Source: an uncultured Actinomycetota bacterium
GTDB lineage: Bacteria; Actinomycetota; Actinomycetes; Streptosporangiales; Streptosporangiaceae
Assembly: GCA_963808705.1 (NCBI GenBank)
Contig: CAWEHB010000001.1
Coordinates: 72,397 to 136,396, forward strand
Length of the DNA: 64,000 nt
Direction of reading: 5' to 3'
Notes under the pieces: model-generated
Seen by the model: only the letters and a program-made list of their open reading frames with translations
What the model was told of the DNA's origin: nothing
Databases searched by the model: none
Translations under genes and position numbers: made by a program
Shown here: positions 35,251-43,729 of the stretch, in pieces
Numbering within the stretch: the first letter of the stretch is position 1
Layout: the number at the start of each line of letters is the position of its first letter

Positions 35251-36717
35251 TCAGAACACGGCCGATACGTGCAGGTTGGTGGCGGCGGTCCCGAGCAGGC
35301 TCAGGCCGGGAGAGAAGAACTCCAGGCGCGGGTTCCCTGGGCTCAGGGTGAGCAGGGTTCCGCTGGGCAGCTGGTACAGGCCGAAATACTGCCGGCCGTG
35401 GCTGTAGGACCCGGCCAGCTTCCCGGTGGCCACGTCATAGGCGGAGATCCCCCCGGCCTTGGCCCCGCCCAGGACATAGAGCGTGTCCCCGGCGGGCGAC
35501 AGCACCGCCTTGCTGGCCGGGGCGCCGCCCGGTGCCGCCGGTACCGGGTAGTCCACCTGGGCCGTCACCCGGAACGAGTCCGCGGGGTCGGCGACGACCG
35601 CCCGGCCGATGCCCGGCTTGGTCATGAACACCGTCCCGTCCGGGCGTGACTCCATGGTCACCGCGCTCGGCTTGGCCCGGGTCACGCCGAGCGGCGCGAT
35701 CGCGGTCTGGGTCACCTCCCCGGTCTCCGCCGAGCTGACCTGCACCGCGCGGCCGTTGACCAGGCGCGCCACGTCCCCGGTGGCCAGCGTGACGACTGGT
35801 TCGCTGGCGGGCCAGGGCGCCGGGGACGGCACCGAGGCCCTGGCCTGGCCCGAGCCCAGCGGGAACACGCTGACCCACGGCAGCGGCGGCGGCTGCGGCC
35901 GGGACGCCGCCGGCTGCGGCTCCCTGGTCGTCCACACGAACAGGTCGGAGGAATTGGCAGCCGCGGCGGTCAGCGCCAGCGCTGGGGCGTTGCCGAGGTA
36001 GAACGGCCCGGTGAACTCCCCGCTGTCCGAGTCGAAGTAGGCCAGCGCGTGACGCGACGTCCAGGTCACGGGGTGTATGACCCGGGTGCCGCCGGTAGCC
36101 GGGTCAGCCTTGCGGGCCAGGCCCAGGCCGACGGGCTCGGTGATGGCCAGGACCACGGCGATGGTGGCGGTGCCCGGGGCGAAGACCGGCGTCGGGAGAA
36201 TGCTGGTGCCGTCCGCGATGCCGGTGATGGTCAGCGACCCCTGCTTGCTGATGACGGCCGAGGCCGAGTCGACGACGGTCAGCGTCACCTTCGCCCCGGC
36301 CGGCACGGTGTCCACGGTGACCAGCGCCACGCTGGCCTGATCCGCGGAAGCGGCCGGCGCGGACGTGAGCTGGGTGGCGACCGGTCTGGCCGCGGGCAGT
36401 GACCTGGCCGCGGGCAGTGACCTGGCCCGGGACGCGGGAGACAGCGCCGACGCGACCGATCCGCCGGGGAACGGCGTCGCCTCGGGCGTGCCGTAGAGGA
36501 GCACGTACCGGGAGCCAGAACCGGCGGAACTCGCCGACCGGGCGGACCCCGCGGCCGCGCGGTCCGTCAGGGAGATATCCGGCAGCGCGACGAGGGCGCC
36601 AACGCCGATCCCGCCAGCCAGCATCTCGCGGCGGCTGAGTCTCACTGCGGCATCGGCAGCGCCGGCGGCACCGGGCGGGGCGGCCGCGCGAGCCCGCTGC
36701 AAAGCACGCATGAGCAT
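35251..36717 (-). CDS. Tat-signal secreted protein, beta-propeller-like, copy B
   Basis: LSRREMLAGGIGVGALVALP. Paralogue of 31125..32600. The track ORF starts at TTG 36726. ATG 36717 or 36711 is more likely. Confidence 0.8.
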   Translation of the reverse strand: MLMRALQRARAAAPPGAAGAADAAVRLSRREMLAGGIGVGALVALPDISLTDRAAAGSARSASSAGSGSRYVLLYGTPEATPFPGGSVASALSPASRARSLPAARSLPAARPVATQLTSAPAASADQASVALVTVDTVPAGAKVTLTVVDSASAVISKQGSLTITGIADGTSILPTPVFAPGTATIAVVLAITEPVGLGLARKADPATGGTRVIHPVTWTSRHALAYFDSDSGEFTGPFYLGNAPALALTAAAANSSDLFVWTTREPQPAASRPQPPPLPWVSVFPLGSGQARASVPSPAPWPASEPVVTLATGDVARLVNGRAVQVSSAETGEVTQTAIAPLGVTRAKPSAVTMESRPDGTVFMTKPGIGRAVVADPADSFRVTAQVDYPVPAAPGGAPASKAVLSPAGDTLYVLGGAKAGGISAYDVATGKLAGSYSHGRQYFGLYQLPSGTLLTLSPGNPRLEFFSPGLSLLGTAATNLHVSAVF

Positions 36718-37066
36718 CACATCCAACCCAAGTCATAGCAAGCATGTATAAATCATATGATGAGCGATGAGGGTAAGGAGGCGGGTAAGAGCCTGTCAAG
36801 GGCCATCGGCCAGCATCCCCCGTGGCCCGCCTTCCCCTGACCAGCGGATTCGGGCATGCTTACGCCACCACACGGCATGCTCCGGATCTCCCCTCCTCGC
36901 GGTCCTGCTGGCGCGGTCGCGAGGGCTCCCGCCCGCGCACGAGCCATAGTCTCGCGGTTCCGCGATTATGGAGCGTTATTCGGGAAGATCCCCGGAACAA
37001 TCACGATGGGCGGCTTGTCCGTTCTGCCCCGCCCGTCCCGCGTGTCACGCCTGTCCCGCCGACCAC

Positions 37067-37122
37067 GCCCCGGAATACCGCGCGGACGGGAAGGGCCCCG
37101 GAATACCGCGCGGACGGGACGG
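37067..37122. promoter_or_regulatory. 28-bp tandem direct repeat x2 upstream of trxC (candidate operator pair)
   Basis: gccccggaataccgcgcggacggga(a/c)gg occurs at 37067-37094 and 37095-37122. Each unit contains the palindrome ccgcgcgg. Related cccgtcccgcg motifs lie at about 37030-37060 in the opposite orientation. Confidence 0.5.
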
Positions 37123-37164
37123 CTTGTGCTGAGGCAGTGCTGTTCGGCGAGACCGGGAAATAAC

Positions 37165-37587
37165 ATGTCTGACCTGATCAAGTGCCCGCACTGCGGGCGC
37201 CGGAACCGGGTGCCCGCGGTCGCGGCCGGCACCCCGCGCTGTGGCCACTGCCACCAGCCGCTGCCCTGGATCGTCGACGCGGCCGACGGGACCTTCGCGG
37301 AGGTCGCCGAGCAGGCCACCGTCCCGGTGCTGGTGGACCTCTGGGCGCCGTGGTGCGGCCCGTGCCGCATGGTGAGCCCGGCGCTGGAGCAACTGGCCGC
37401 GGAGATGGCCTGGCTGAAGCTCGTTAAGGTCAATGTGGACTCCTCGCCGGCGCTGCAGCAGCGCTTCGGCGTGCAGGCCATACCGACCCTGATGGTGCTG
37501 CGCGGAGGGCAGGTGGCAGCGCGCCGGACCGGAGCCGCGCCCGCGCCCGCGCTGCGCACCTGGCTGACCGAGGCGCTGGCATCCTGA
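37165..37587 (+). CDS. trxC: Thioredoxin 2 type (N-terminal zinc-finger extension plus a WCGPC active site)
   Basis: MSDLIKCPHCGRRNRVPAVAAGTPRCGHCHQPL (CxxC..CxxC), followed by VLVDLWAPWCGPCRM. Confidence 0.9.
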   Translation: MSDLIKCPHCGRRNRVPAVAAGTPRCGHCHQPLPWIVDAADGTFAEVAEQATVPVLVDLWAPWCGPCRMVSPALEQLAAEMAWLKLVKVNVDSSPALQQRFGVQAIPTLMVLRGGQVAARRTGAAPAPALRTWLTEALAS

Positions 37588-37596
37588 CCCCCGGCT

Positions 37597-38541
37597 CTAC
37601 CTGGCCAGCCTTGCGTGCTCTACCGCCACCTCGGCGGCCAGCGCCGCGTTGTCGGCGATCAGCCGCTGATTGACCTCGACGCTGCGGCCGCCGCTCAGCT
37701 CCTCGACCCGGGTGAGGACGGCGGGCGTCACCGCCTGCCCGGTCACGCCCTCGCGCCGCACCTGCCGCACGGCCTCGGCGACGATCGGCTCGATGTCCAG
37801 CCCGCCCGCGGGCGGCCGGGCGAGCAGCAGCCCGGATGACGGGCTCAGCCGCCACTGGGTGAGCGCGATGCGGGCCGCCTCCTCGCTCGTGGTGACCACC
37901 GCGGGCACGGCCGGGCCGCCGTCCGCGCTGTAAAACAGGGGCAGCGTGGCCGTCTGCCAGCCGAGGACCGGGACCCCGAGGGTCTCCAGCAGTTCGGCGG
38001 TCGCGCTGACGTCCAGGATCGACTTGGCCCCCGAGCACACCACGACCGCCGGGGTGCGCGCGATCTGCAGCAGGTCGCCCGATATGTCGAGGCTGTCGGC
38101 GAACCCCCGGTGCACGCCGCCGATGCCGCCGGTCCCCAGGAACCGGATGCCCAGCGCCCGGCACACAGCGAGCGTGCCGCCCACGGTGGTGGCGCCGAGC
38201 GCGCCCTGCACCACGCAGGCCGCGATGTCGCGGGCGCCCACCTTGCGCGCGCCGGGGCCGGCCTCGGCGAAGCGCTCGAGGTCGGCGTCGCTGAGCCCGG
38301 CCCGCACGGTGCCCTCGACGATGCCGATCGTGGCGGGGACCGCTCCGGCCGCGCGCACCCGGGCCTCGGCCGCCCGCGCCGCGGCCAGCCCCCGCCCGCC
38401 GGAGAAGCCGTGCGAGACCAGGGTGGTCTCGAGCGCCACGACCGGCCGGGCGCTCCGCAGCGCCTCGGCCACCTCCTCGGCCAGCACCGCGGGGGGTTCC
38501 GGGCCATCGGGGTCGGGGGTGCCCCCAGGAGGTACTGTCAC
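37597..38541 (-). CDS. psuG: Pseudouridine-5'-phosphate glycosidase
   Basis: VVALETTLVSHGF, GTGGIGGVHRG and DISGDL are characteristic of PsuG/IndA. Confidence 0.9.
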   Translation of the reverse strand: MTVPPGGTPDPDGPEPPAVLAEEVAEALRSARPVVALETTLVSHGFSGGRGLAAARAAEARVRAAGAVPATIGIVEGTVRAGLSDADLERFAEAGPGARKVGARDIAACVVQGALGATTVGGTLAVCRALGIRFLGTGGIGGVHRGFADSLDISGDLLQIARTPAVVVCSGAKSILDVSATAELLETLGVPVLGWQTATLPLFYSADGGPAVPAVVTTSEEAARIALTQWRLSPSSGLLLARPPAGGLDIEPIVAEAVRQVRREGVTGQAVTPAVLTRVEELSGGRSVEVNQRLIADNAALAAEVAVEHARLAR

Positions 38542-39323
38542 GGCATCGCCCCCATCGTCGCCACGGCCCGCGCGGCCGCTTCCAGGCCGAGCCTGATCCC
38601 GCCGACCAGGTAGCCGGCGGCGAACGCGTCGCCTGCTCCGGTCGGGTCGACCGGGTGCGTGGGCAGCGCGGGGAACACCCTCCCGGCCGCGCGGACGCCG
38701 CGCGCGCCCAGCTTAACCACGAGCTGGGGTCCGGGCAGGTCCCCGACCAGGGCGGCCTCGGCCTCGTTGCCGAAGACCACGTCCGGGCGCAGCCGCGCGA
38801 TCAGCTCGCCGAACCGCCGGACGCCGTAGGCGCGCAGCGCGGCGGTGGAGGAGAGATCGATGCTCAGCCGCGGCGCGCGCTCGGCGGCGGCGAGCGCCGC
38901 GCCCGCGACCGGCTCGGCGACCAGGCTGTAGGCGGGCAGGTGCAGCCAGTCGCACCCGTCGAGCCAGTCCGGCTGCAGCAGGTGAGCCGCCAGGCTCGGG
39001 CCCACCCCGCGGTCGGTGAGCATCGAGCGGGTGACGCCGTCGGTCAGGGACACCACCACGCCGGTCCGGCCCTCGATGACCGGCCCGACCAGTTCCACCG
39101 CGCGGCGGGCCAGCTCCCCGGCGACCAGCTGGCCGGCCAGGTCGGTCCCGCGGGCCGCGATCAGCCGGGCCCGGCCGCCGAGCGCGGCCACCCACGCGGC
39201 GACGTTGGCCGCCTGTCCCCCGGCTCCCACCGCCGTGCGCGCCGGCGTGTCGGTCTCCTGCGCCACGGGCCCGCGGGCGGACACGACGACATCGAGGTGA
39301 GCGTCGCCGAGCACGCAGATCAT
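38538..39323 (-). CDS. psuK: PfkB-family carbohydrate kinase, probably pseudouridine kinase
   Basis: C-terminal DPTGAGDAFAAGYL (PfkB motif). It overlaps the psuG start by 4 nt. The assignment rests on this coupling to psuG. Confidence 0.7.
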   Translation of the reverse strand: MICVLGDAHLDVVVSARGPVAQETDTPARTAVGAGGQAANVAAWVAALGGRARLIAARGTDLAGQLVAGELARRAVELVGPVIEGRTGVVVSLTDGVTRSMLTDRGVGPSLAAHLLQPDWLDGCDWLHLPAYSLVAEPVAGAALAAAERAPRLSIDLSSTAALRAYGVRRFGELIARLRPDVVFGNEAEAALVGDLPGPQLVVKLGARGVRAAGRVFPALPTHPVDPTGAGDAFAAGYLVGGIRLGLEAAARAVATMGAMP

Positions 39324-39348
39324 GCCGGATACGGTAAGACTCCGGCCA

Positions 39349-40779
39349 TTACCCGGAACGGCGCTGGTCTGCCGCTTGCGCCAGTTCCCGCACGAACGCC
39401 AGCGCGTTGACCGTGCCGACTCCCGACGCGAGATCGTAACCGGCCCGTGCCCGGAAGCCCGGCACGGTGTGCAGCCTGCCGCCCTGGCGGAACGAGACGG
39501 TGTTGTTGCCGGACACCACGTCCACGATGCCGGGCGCGTCCCGCGCCGCGAGCCGGTAGAGGTAGCCGTTGATCACTCCGAGCGGGTGGCCGGCCGCCTG
39601 GTCGGCCAGGGCCACGATCCCGGCGAACTCCGGTGTCGCCTCGCTGGTGCCGCAGGTCGGGTACCATCCGGCGGGCTGGCCGCCGAAGCTCTGGTACATG
39701 TCGGCCGCGCCGTTGCAGGCGCCGCTCATCGAGATGTCGGGCACGCCGCGCTGGCCGCCCACGACGGCCCGCACCCCGTTCTGGAACCGGGGCCGGGCGA
39801 ACACGACCGACTTCCCGCCGCCACCTGCCAGCGGGTTCGGCCCGGCGTTGCCGACGGCGAACTCGTTGGTCCCAGCGTTGAAGGTGTCGTTCCAGACGGT
39901 AGGCGGCGCGACGTTGTCACCTGCCGCGTTGAGGTGCAGCTGGGTTCCGCCGACCCCGGTCACCAGCGGGTCGCTGTCCGGCCACGACGTCACCGGGTGC
40001 AGGTAGTACGTCACCTCGTTGAACTTGACGTCCGCCGCGCCGCTGTCACCGGAGGCGGCCAGGACGGTCACGCCCTTGCGCGCCGCGTCAATGTAGGCGC
40101 CGCGCAGCCTGAGCAGCGACTGCCGGGCCGGGAAGGTCTGCTCCGTGGCGCTGAAGCTCTGGCTGATCACCCCGCCGAGGTGGTGGTTGATCACGTACTT
40201 CTCGGCCGCGACGATCTGCGCGAAGCCGGTCGTGCCCTCGTTCTCGGAGGTCGGGGTCTCGACGAGCAGGATGCTCGCGCCGGGGGCGATCGCGTGGGCG
40301 TACTCGACGTCCAGGTCGGTCTCGCCGGCCCAGCCTTCCCGGTCGGAGGCGGGCTGGTACGGCGGGACCTTCCCGGCGGGCTGGATGACCTTCAGCGACG
40401 GCGGCGCGGGCAGGCCCGCGGCCCGGTCGAACCGGCTGAGGTCACGCCGGACGGTCGGGGACCCGAACGAGTCGACGATGATGATCGTCTGCCCGCGGCC
40501 GGTGACCCCCTGCCGGTACAGCCGGGGCAGGTTGTAGGCCTGCCGGATCTGCGCGGGCAGGTAGCACGCGATGTGGTAGTGCCGCTCGCAGAACGCGGTG
40601 GTGGGCGGCGCGGGCAGGGCCCCGGCCAGGACGTGGATCGCGCCCGGCCGGATCGCCACGATGTTCCCCGGCCCAGCCGCGCCCTGGCGGGCGTGGCCCG
40701 CGACCGCGAGGGCGCCGACCCCGGCGACGGCCGCGGCCAGCAACGGTACGGCGGCTACCGCAGGCCGGGCGAGGCGCAT
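39349..40779 (-). CDS. Secreted S53 (sedolisin/kumamolisin-like) serine peptidase
   Basis: Signal peptide, IIIVDSFGSP, ETDLDVEYAHAIAPGA, and CGTSEATPEFAGIVAL (the catalytic Ser region). Confidence 0.85.
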   Translation of the reverse strand: MRLARPAVAAVPLLAAAVAGVGALAVAGHARQGAAGPGNIVAIRPGAIHVLAGALPAPPTTAFCERHYHIACYLPAQIRQAYNLPRLYRQGVTGRGQTIIIVDSFGSPTVRRDLSRFDRAAGLPAPPSLKVIQPAGKVPPYQPASDREGWAGETDLDVEYAHAIAPGASILLVETPTSENEGTTGFAQIVAAEKYVINHHLGGVISQSFSATEQTFPARQSLLRLRGAYIDAARKGVTVLAASGDSGAADVKFNEVTYYLHPVTSWPDSDPLVTGVGGTQLHLNAAGDNVAPPTVWNDTFNAGTNEFAVGNAGPNPLAGGGGKSVVFARPRFQNGVRAVVGGQRGVPDISMSGACNGAADMYQSFGGQPAGWYPTCGTSEATPEFAGIVALADQAAGHPLGVINGYLYRLAARDAPGIVDVVSGNNTVSFRQGGRLHTVPGFRARAGYDLASGVGTVNALAFVRELAQAADQRRSG

Positions 40780-40871
40780 GTAGTCTCCCTGGGTTGGCGG
40801 GCGACCGCCGGTCGCGCCCGTACCTGCTGGCCAGCGTACCGTGGGGGCCAGCGCCGGACGGAGACAGCCCG

Positions 40872-41126
40872 ATGAAGCTCACGCTCGACCTGCACGACAT
40901 CTACAACCGCGGCCAGGACATCGACCGGGCGCTGCGCGACATCATGGACGAGGCGGTGCGGAAGAAGGCTCCGCTCGTCGAGATCATCCCGGGCAAGGGC
41001 TCGGGCCAGCTCAAGAAGCACGTGCTCAGGTTCCTGCAGCAGAAGGAGATCAAGGCGCTCTATCACCGCGTCGAGAAGGACTCCAAGAACTTCGGCCGGC
41101 TCTTCGTCCATTTCCGCTGGAAGTGA
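40872..41126 (+). CDS. Smr-domain protein (84 aa)
   Basis: MKLTLDLHDIYNRGQDIDRALRDIMDEAVRKKAPLVEIIPGKGSGQLKKHVLRFL. This matches the stand-alone Smr pattern (LDLHG.. / I.HGKG.G.L). Confidence 0.8.
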   Translation: MKLTLDLHDIYNRGQDIDRALRDIMDEAVRKKAPLVEIIPGKGSGQLKKHVLRFLQQKEIKALYHRVEKDSKNFGRLFVHFRWK

Positions 41127-41235
41127 CCGTCGGCCGGCGCCGTCACGGCCGTCCCGTCACCACCGGCCCGCCGCCCCGTCACCGCCGGTCCCGCGCCCGT
41201 CCTGACCATCCCGTCGACCATGGCAGGATGTGCGC

Positions 41236-41628
41236 ATGCGGTTCGTCATCCGGGTCCTGATCACCGCCGTGGCCCTGCTCGTGGCGACGCTGGTGCTCCC
41301 CGGCATCGAGGTGACGGCCGGCACTACCCTGTCCAAGGTCGCGACCCTGGTCGTGGTGGCGCTGATCTTCGGCGTGATCAACGCCGTGCTCAAGCCGATC
41401 GTCAAGGTGGTCGGCTGCGTCTTCTACATCCTGACCCTCGGCCTGATCGGCCTGGTGGTCAACGCGCTGCTGCTGTGGCTCACCAGCTGGGTGGCAGGCA
41501 AGCTCAACCTGCCGTTCCACATCACCGGCTTCTGGCCGGCGTTCTGGGGCGCGATCATCGTGGGCGTGGGGGCGTGGCTGCTGAGCATCACGCTGGGCGA
41601 GAACCGGCACCGCCAGCAGGACAGCTGA
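41236..41628 (+). CDS. Phage-holin-4_2 family small membrane protein (4 TM)
   Basis: MRFVIRVLITAVALLVATLVLPGI...VINAVLKPIVKVVGCVFYILTLGLIGLVVNALLLWL is typical of the 'phage holin family protein' common in actinobacterial chromosomes. Confidence 0.8.
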   Translation: MRFVIRVLITAVALLVATLVLPGIEVTAGTTLSKVATLVVVALIFGVINAVLKPIVKVVGCVFYILTLGLIGLVVNALLLWLTSWVAGKLNLPFHITGFWPAFWGAIIVGVGAWLLSITLGENRHRQQDS

Positions 41629-41724
41629 ACGCCCACTTTCCATGATTACGGAGCACGCCGCGAATCCGGCCACTCGCTGACCTATGCGTAGGTCAGCGGT
41701 CATAGGCGGTGAGTAAGGCCTTTT

Positions 41725-41752
41725 CAGGTCGAAGGAGTCAGGTCGAAGGAGC
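41725..41752. repeat. 14-bp tandem repeat x2 (caggtcgaaggagN) in the low-GC leader upstream of fhs
   Basis: Read directly at 41725-41738 and 41739-41752. It is flanked by perfect hairpins at 41676-41697 and 41775-41794. Confidence 0.8.
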
Positions 41753-41905
41753 TAGGCGGGTTGTGTAGCAGGCCGTAGGGCCTTTTGGCCCTACGATGAC
41801 AAACGAATGTCCCTGTGTCGCAGGCGCAGCGGCAAGGCATCCTTGGCCTTGCGGTTCAGATCATCGATCTTCGTCCGAGATGAACGAGATGAAGAGGCAC
41901 CCGAG

Positions 41906-43603
41906 ATGACGATGCCCAGCGCGCTGGAGATCTCCCGGCAGGCCTCGCTCAAGCCGATCCCCGACATCGCCGAGGAGATGGGGATCCCGCCGGGAATGGT
42001 GGAGCTGTATGGCGAATACGTCGCCAAGATCGGGCTGGATGCCGTCGAGGCGCTCGCGGACCGGCCCCGCGCCCGGTACGTGGTCGTCACCGCGGTCACC
42101 CCGACGCCGCTCGGCGAGGGCAAGACGACGGCGGCGGTAGGCCTGGGGGAAGCGATGTATCACATCGGCCGGTCCGCGACGGTCACGATCCGCCAGGGGT
42201 CGATGGGCCCGACGTTCGGGATCAAGGGGGGCGCGGCGGGCGGCGGTTACAGCCAGGTAGTGCCGTTCGAGAAGCTGAACCTGCACCTGACCGGGGACAT
42301 GCATGCCGTCACCGCGGCGCACAACCAGCTCGCCGCGATGCTGGACAACCACCTGCACCAGGGCAACGCGCTGGGCATCGACCTGCGCAACATCACCTGG
42401 CGGCGGGTGCTGGATGTCAACGACCGGGCACTGCGCAACATCGTCATCGGGCTGGGCGCGCACGAGGACGGCGTGCCCCGCCAGTCCGGGTTCGACATCA
42501 CCGCGGCCTCGGAGGCGATGGCGGTGCTGGCGCTGGCGGTGTCGCTGCGCGACATGCGGCAGCGGCTGGGAAAGATCGTGGTCGGCTACACCGGCGCGGG
42601 GGTGCCGGTCACCGCCGAGCAACTGCGGGCAGCAGGCGCGATGACGGTGATCATGCGGGATGCGCTCAAGCCGAACCTGCTGCAGACGCTGGAGAACACC
42701 CCGGTGCTGGTGCACGCTGGCCCGTTCGGCAACATCGCGCACGGCAACTCGTCGGTGCTGGCCGACCTGATCGGCATCCGCGCCGGGGACTTCCTGATCA
42801 CCGAGGCCGGTTTCGGCGCCGACATGGGCGCCGAGCGCTTCTTCAACATCAAGTGCCGGGACTCCGGCCTGGTCCCGGACGCCGCGGTCGTGGTGACGAC
42901 GGTCCGCGCGCTCAAGGCTCAGTCCGGCAACCACAAGATTGTCGCCGGCAGGCCGCTGCCGCCCGCCTTGCTGGCGGAGAACCCTGGCGAGGTCCACATC
43001 GGCGGGGCGAACCTGCGCAAGCAGGTCGAGAACGTGCTGCTGCACGGGGTGACGCCGGTGGTGGCGATCAACGCGATGCCGGGCGACTTCGCCTCCGAGC
43101 ACGCCGCGATCGGCGAGATCGCCGCGGATATGCGGGTACGCTGCGCGGTCACCACTCACTTCGCCGACGGCGGCCGGGGCGCCGCCGAGTTGGCCGAGGC
43201 GGTGGCCGAGGCCGCGGAGCAGCCCGGCGAGTTCCGGTTCCTGTACCCGGCGGAAGCGCCGCTCCGGGAGAAGATCGAGACGATCGCGACCCGCATCTAC
43301 GGTGCCGACGGGGTGGACTACGCTCCGCTGGCCGCCCGGCAGCTGGACAGCTACGAGCGTAACGGGTTCGGCACGCTCCCGGTCTGCATCGCCAAGACCC
43401 CGCTGTCGCTGTCGCATGACCCGTCGCTCCGTGGCGTCCCCACGGGCTGGCGGCTGCCCGTGCGGGAGGTGCGCGCCTCGGTCGGAGCGGGGTTCATCTA
43501 CCCGATCTGCGGCGAGATGCGGACGATGCCTGGCCTGGCCTCCACCTGCGCCGCCGAGCGCATTGACATCGATGATGACGGCAACATCGTCGGCCTGGCG
43601 TGA
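41906..43603 (+). CDS. fhs: Formate--tetrahydrofolate ligase
   Basis: TPTPLGEGKTTAAVGL, GPTFGIKGGAAGGGYSQVVP, and a length of about 565 aa. ATG at 41906 with a GAAGAGG SD. Confidence 0.95.
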   Translation: MTMPSALEISRQASLKPIPDIAEEMGIPPGMVELYGEYVAKIGLDAVEALADRPRARYVVVTAVTPTPLGEGKTTAAVGLGEAMYHIGRSATVTIRQGSMGPTFGIKGGAAGGGYSQVVPFEKLNLHLTGDMHAVTAAHNQLAAMLDNHLHQGNALGIDLRNITWRRVLDVNDRALRNIVIGLGAHEDGVPRQSGFDITAASEAMAVLALAVSLRDMRQRLGKIVVGYTGAGVPVTAEQLRAAGAMTVIMRDALKPNLLQTLENTPVLVHAGPFGNIAHGNSSVLADLIGIRAGDFLITEAGFGADMGAERFFNIKCRDSGLVPDAAVVVTTVRALKAQSGNHKIVAGRPLPPALLAENPGEVHIGGANLRKQVENVLLHGVTPVVAINAMPGDFASEHAAIGEIAADMRVRCAVTTHFADGGRGAAELAEAVAEAAEQPGEFRFLYPAEAPLREKIETIATRIYGADGVDYAPLAARQLDSYERNGFGTLPVCIAKTPLSLSHDPSLRGVPTGWRLPVREVRASVGAGFIYPICGEMRTMPGLASTCAAERIDIDDDGNIVGLA

Positions 43604-43729
43604 CAGCGTCAGACAGGAGGGGCAGGGAATGAAGACTCTGGTTAAGTCGCCGGCTGAGCCCGGGAGCACGGGAGAACGCGCCTGTGCCGCTCGACATCGG
43701 CCACGAGTTCGATAGAGGGCTGGAGCACC

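Larger units (their letters stand above)
28677..36726. repeat. Tandem segmental duplication (two units of about 4.09 kb) of a four-gene cassette
   Basis: Genes 28677-32600 and 32765-36726 are pairwise paralogous in the same order and orientation. The offset is 4088 bp at the 3' end. I compared 651 bp by eye (28680-29330 against 32768-33418) and found them identical. Confidence 0.95.

Noticed and set aside
28677-36860. Composite transposon, integrative element or prophage as the origin of the duplicated cassette
   Set aside because: No transposase, integrase or recombinase genes are present. There are no terminal inverted repeats and no tRNA target. The two units are head-to-tail with native-looking codon usage. 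Unequal recombination or slippage is the more economical explanation.
40872-41628. Prophage remnant or lysis cassette (holin-family gene next to an Smr nuclease-domain gene)
   Set aside because: No endolysin, capsid, terminase or integrase genes lie nearby. This 'phage holin family' (4 TM, about 130 aa) is common as a stand-alone chromosomal gene in actinobacteria.
41629-41905. ZTP (pfl) or THF riboswitch upstream of fhs
   Set aside because: I searched by eye for the conserved ZTP 3' core (CCGCCUGGGC-like) and its pseudoknot partner and did not find them. No THF-like core was evident either. An Infernal scan is needed to be sure.
41796-41909. 37-codon upstream ORF (MTNECPCVAGAAARHPW...) whose TGA overlaps the fhs ATG (ATGA)
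   Set aside because: Third-codon positions are mostly A/T, unlike every credible gene in the window, and no SD is present. The stop/start overlap is probably coincidental. It is kept only as part of the structured-leader finding.
43629-43715. 28-codon ORF (MKTLVKSPAEPGSTGERACAARHRPRVR) with a strong AGGAGG SD, between fhs and the FAD-subunit gene
   Set aside because: It has low GC3 and an arginine-rich tail, and I do not recognise any family. The SD alone is insufficient, so it is not annotated.
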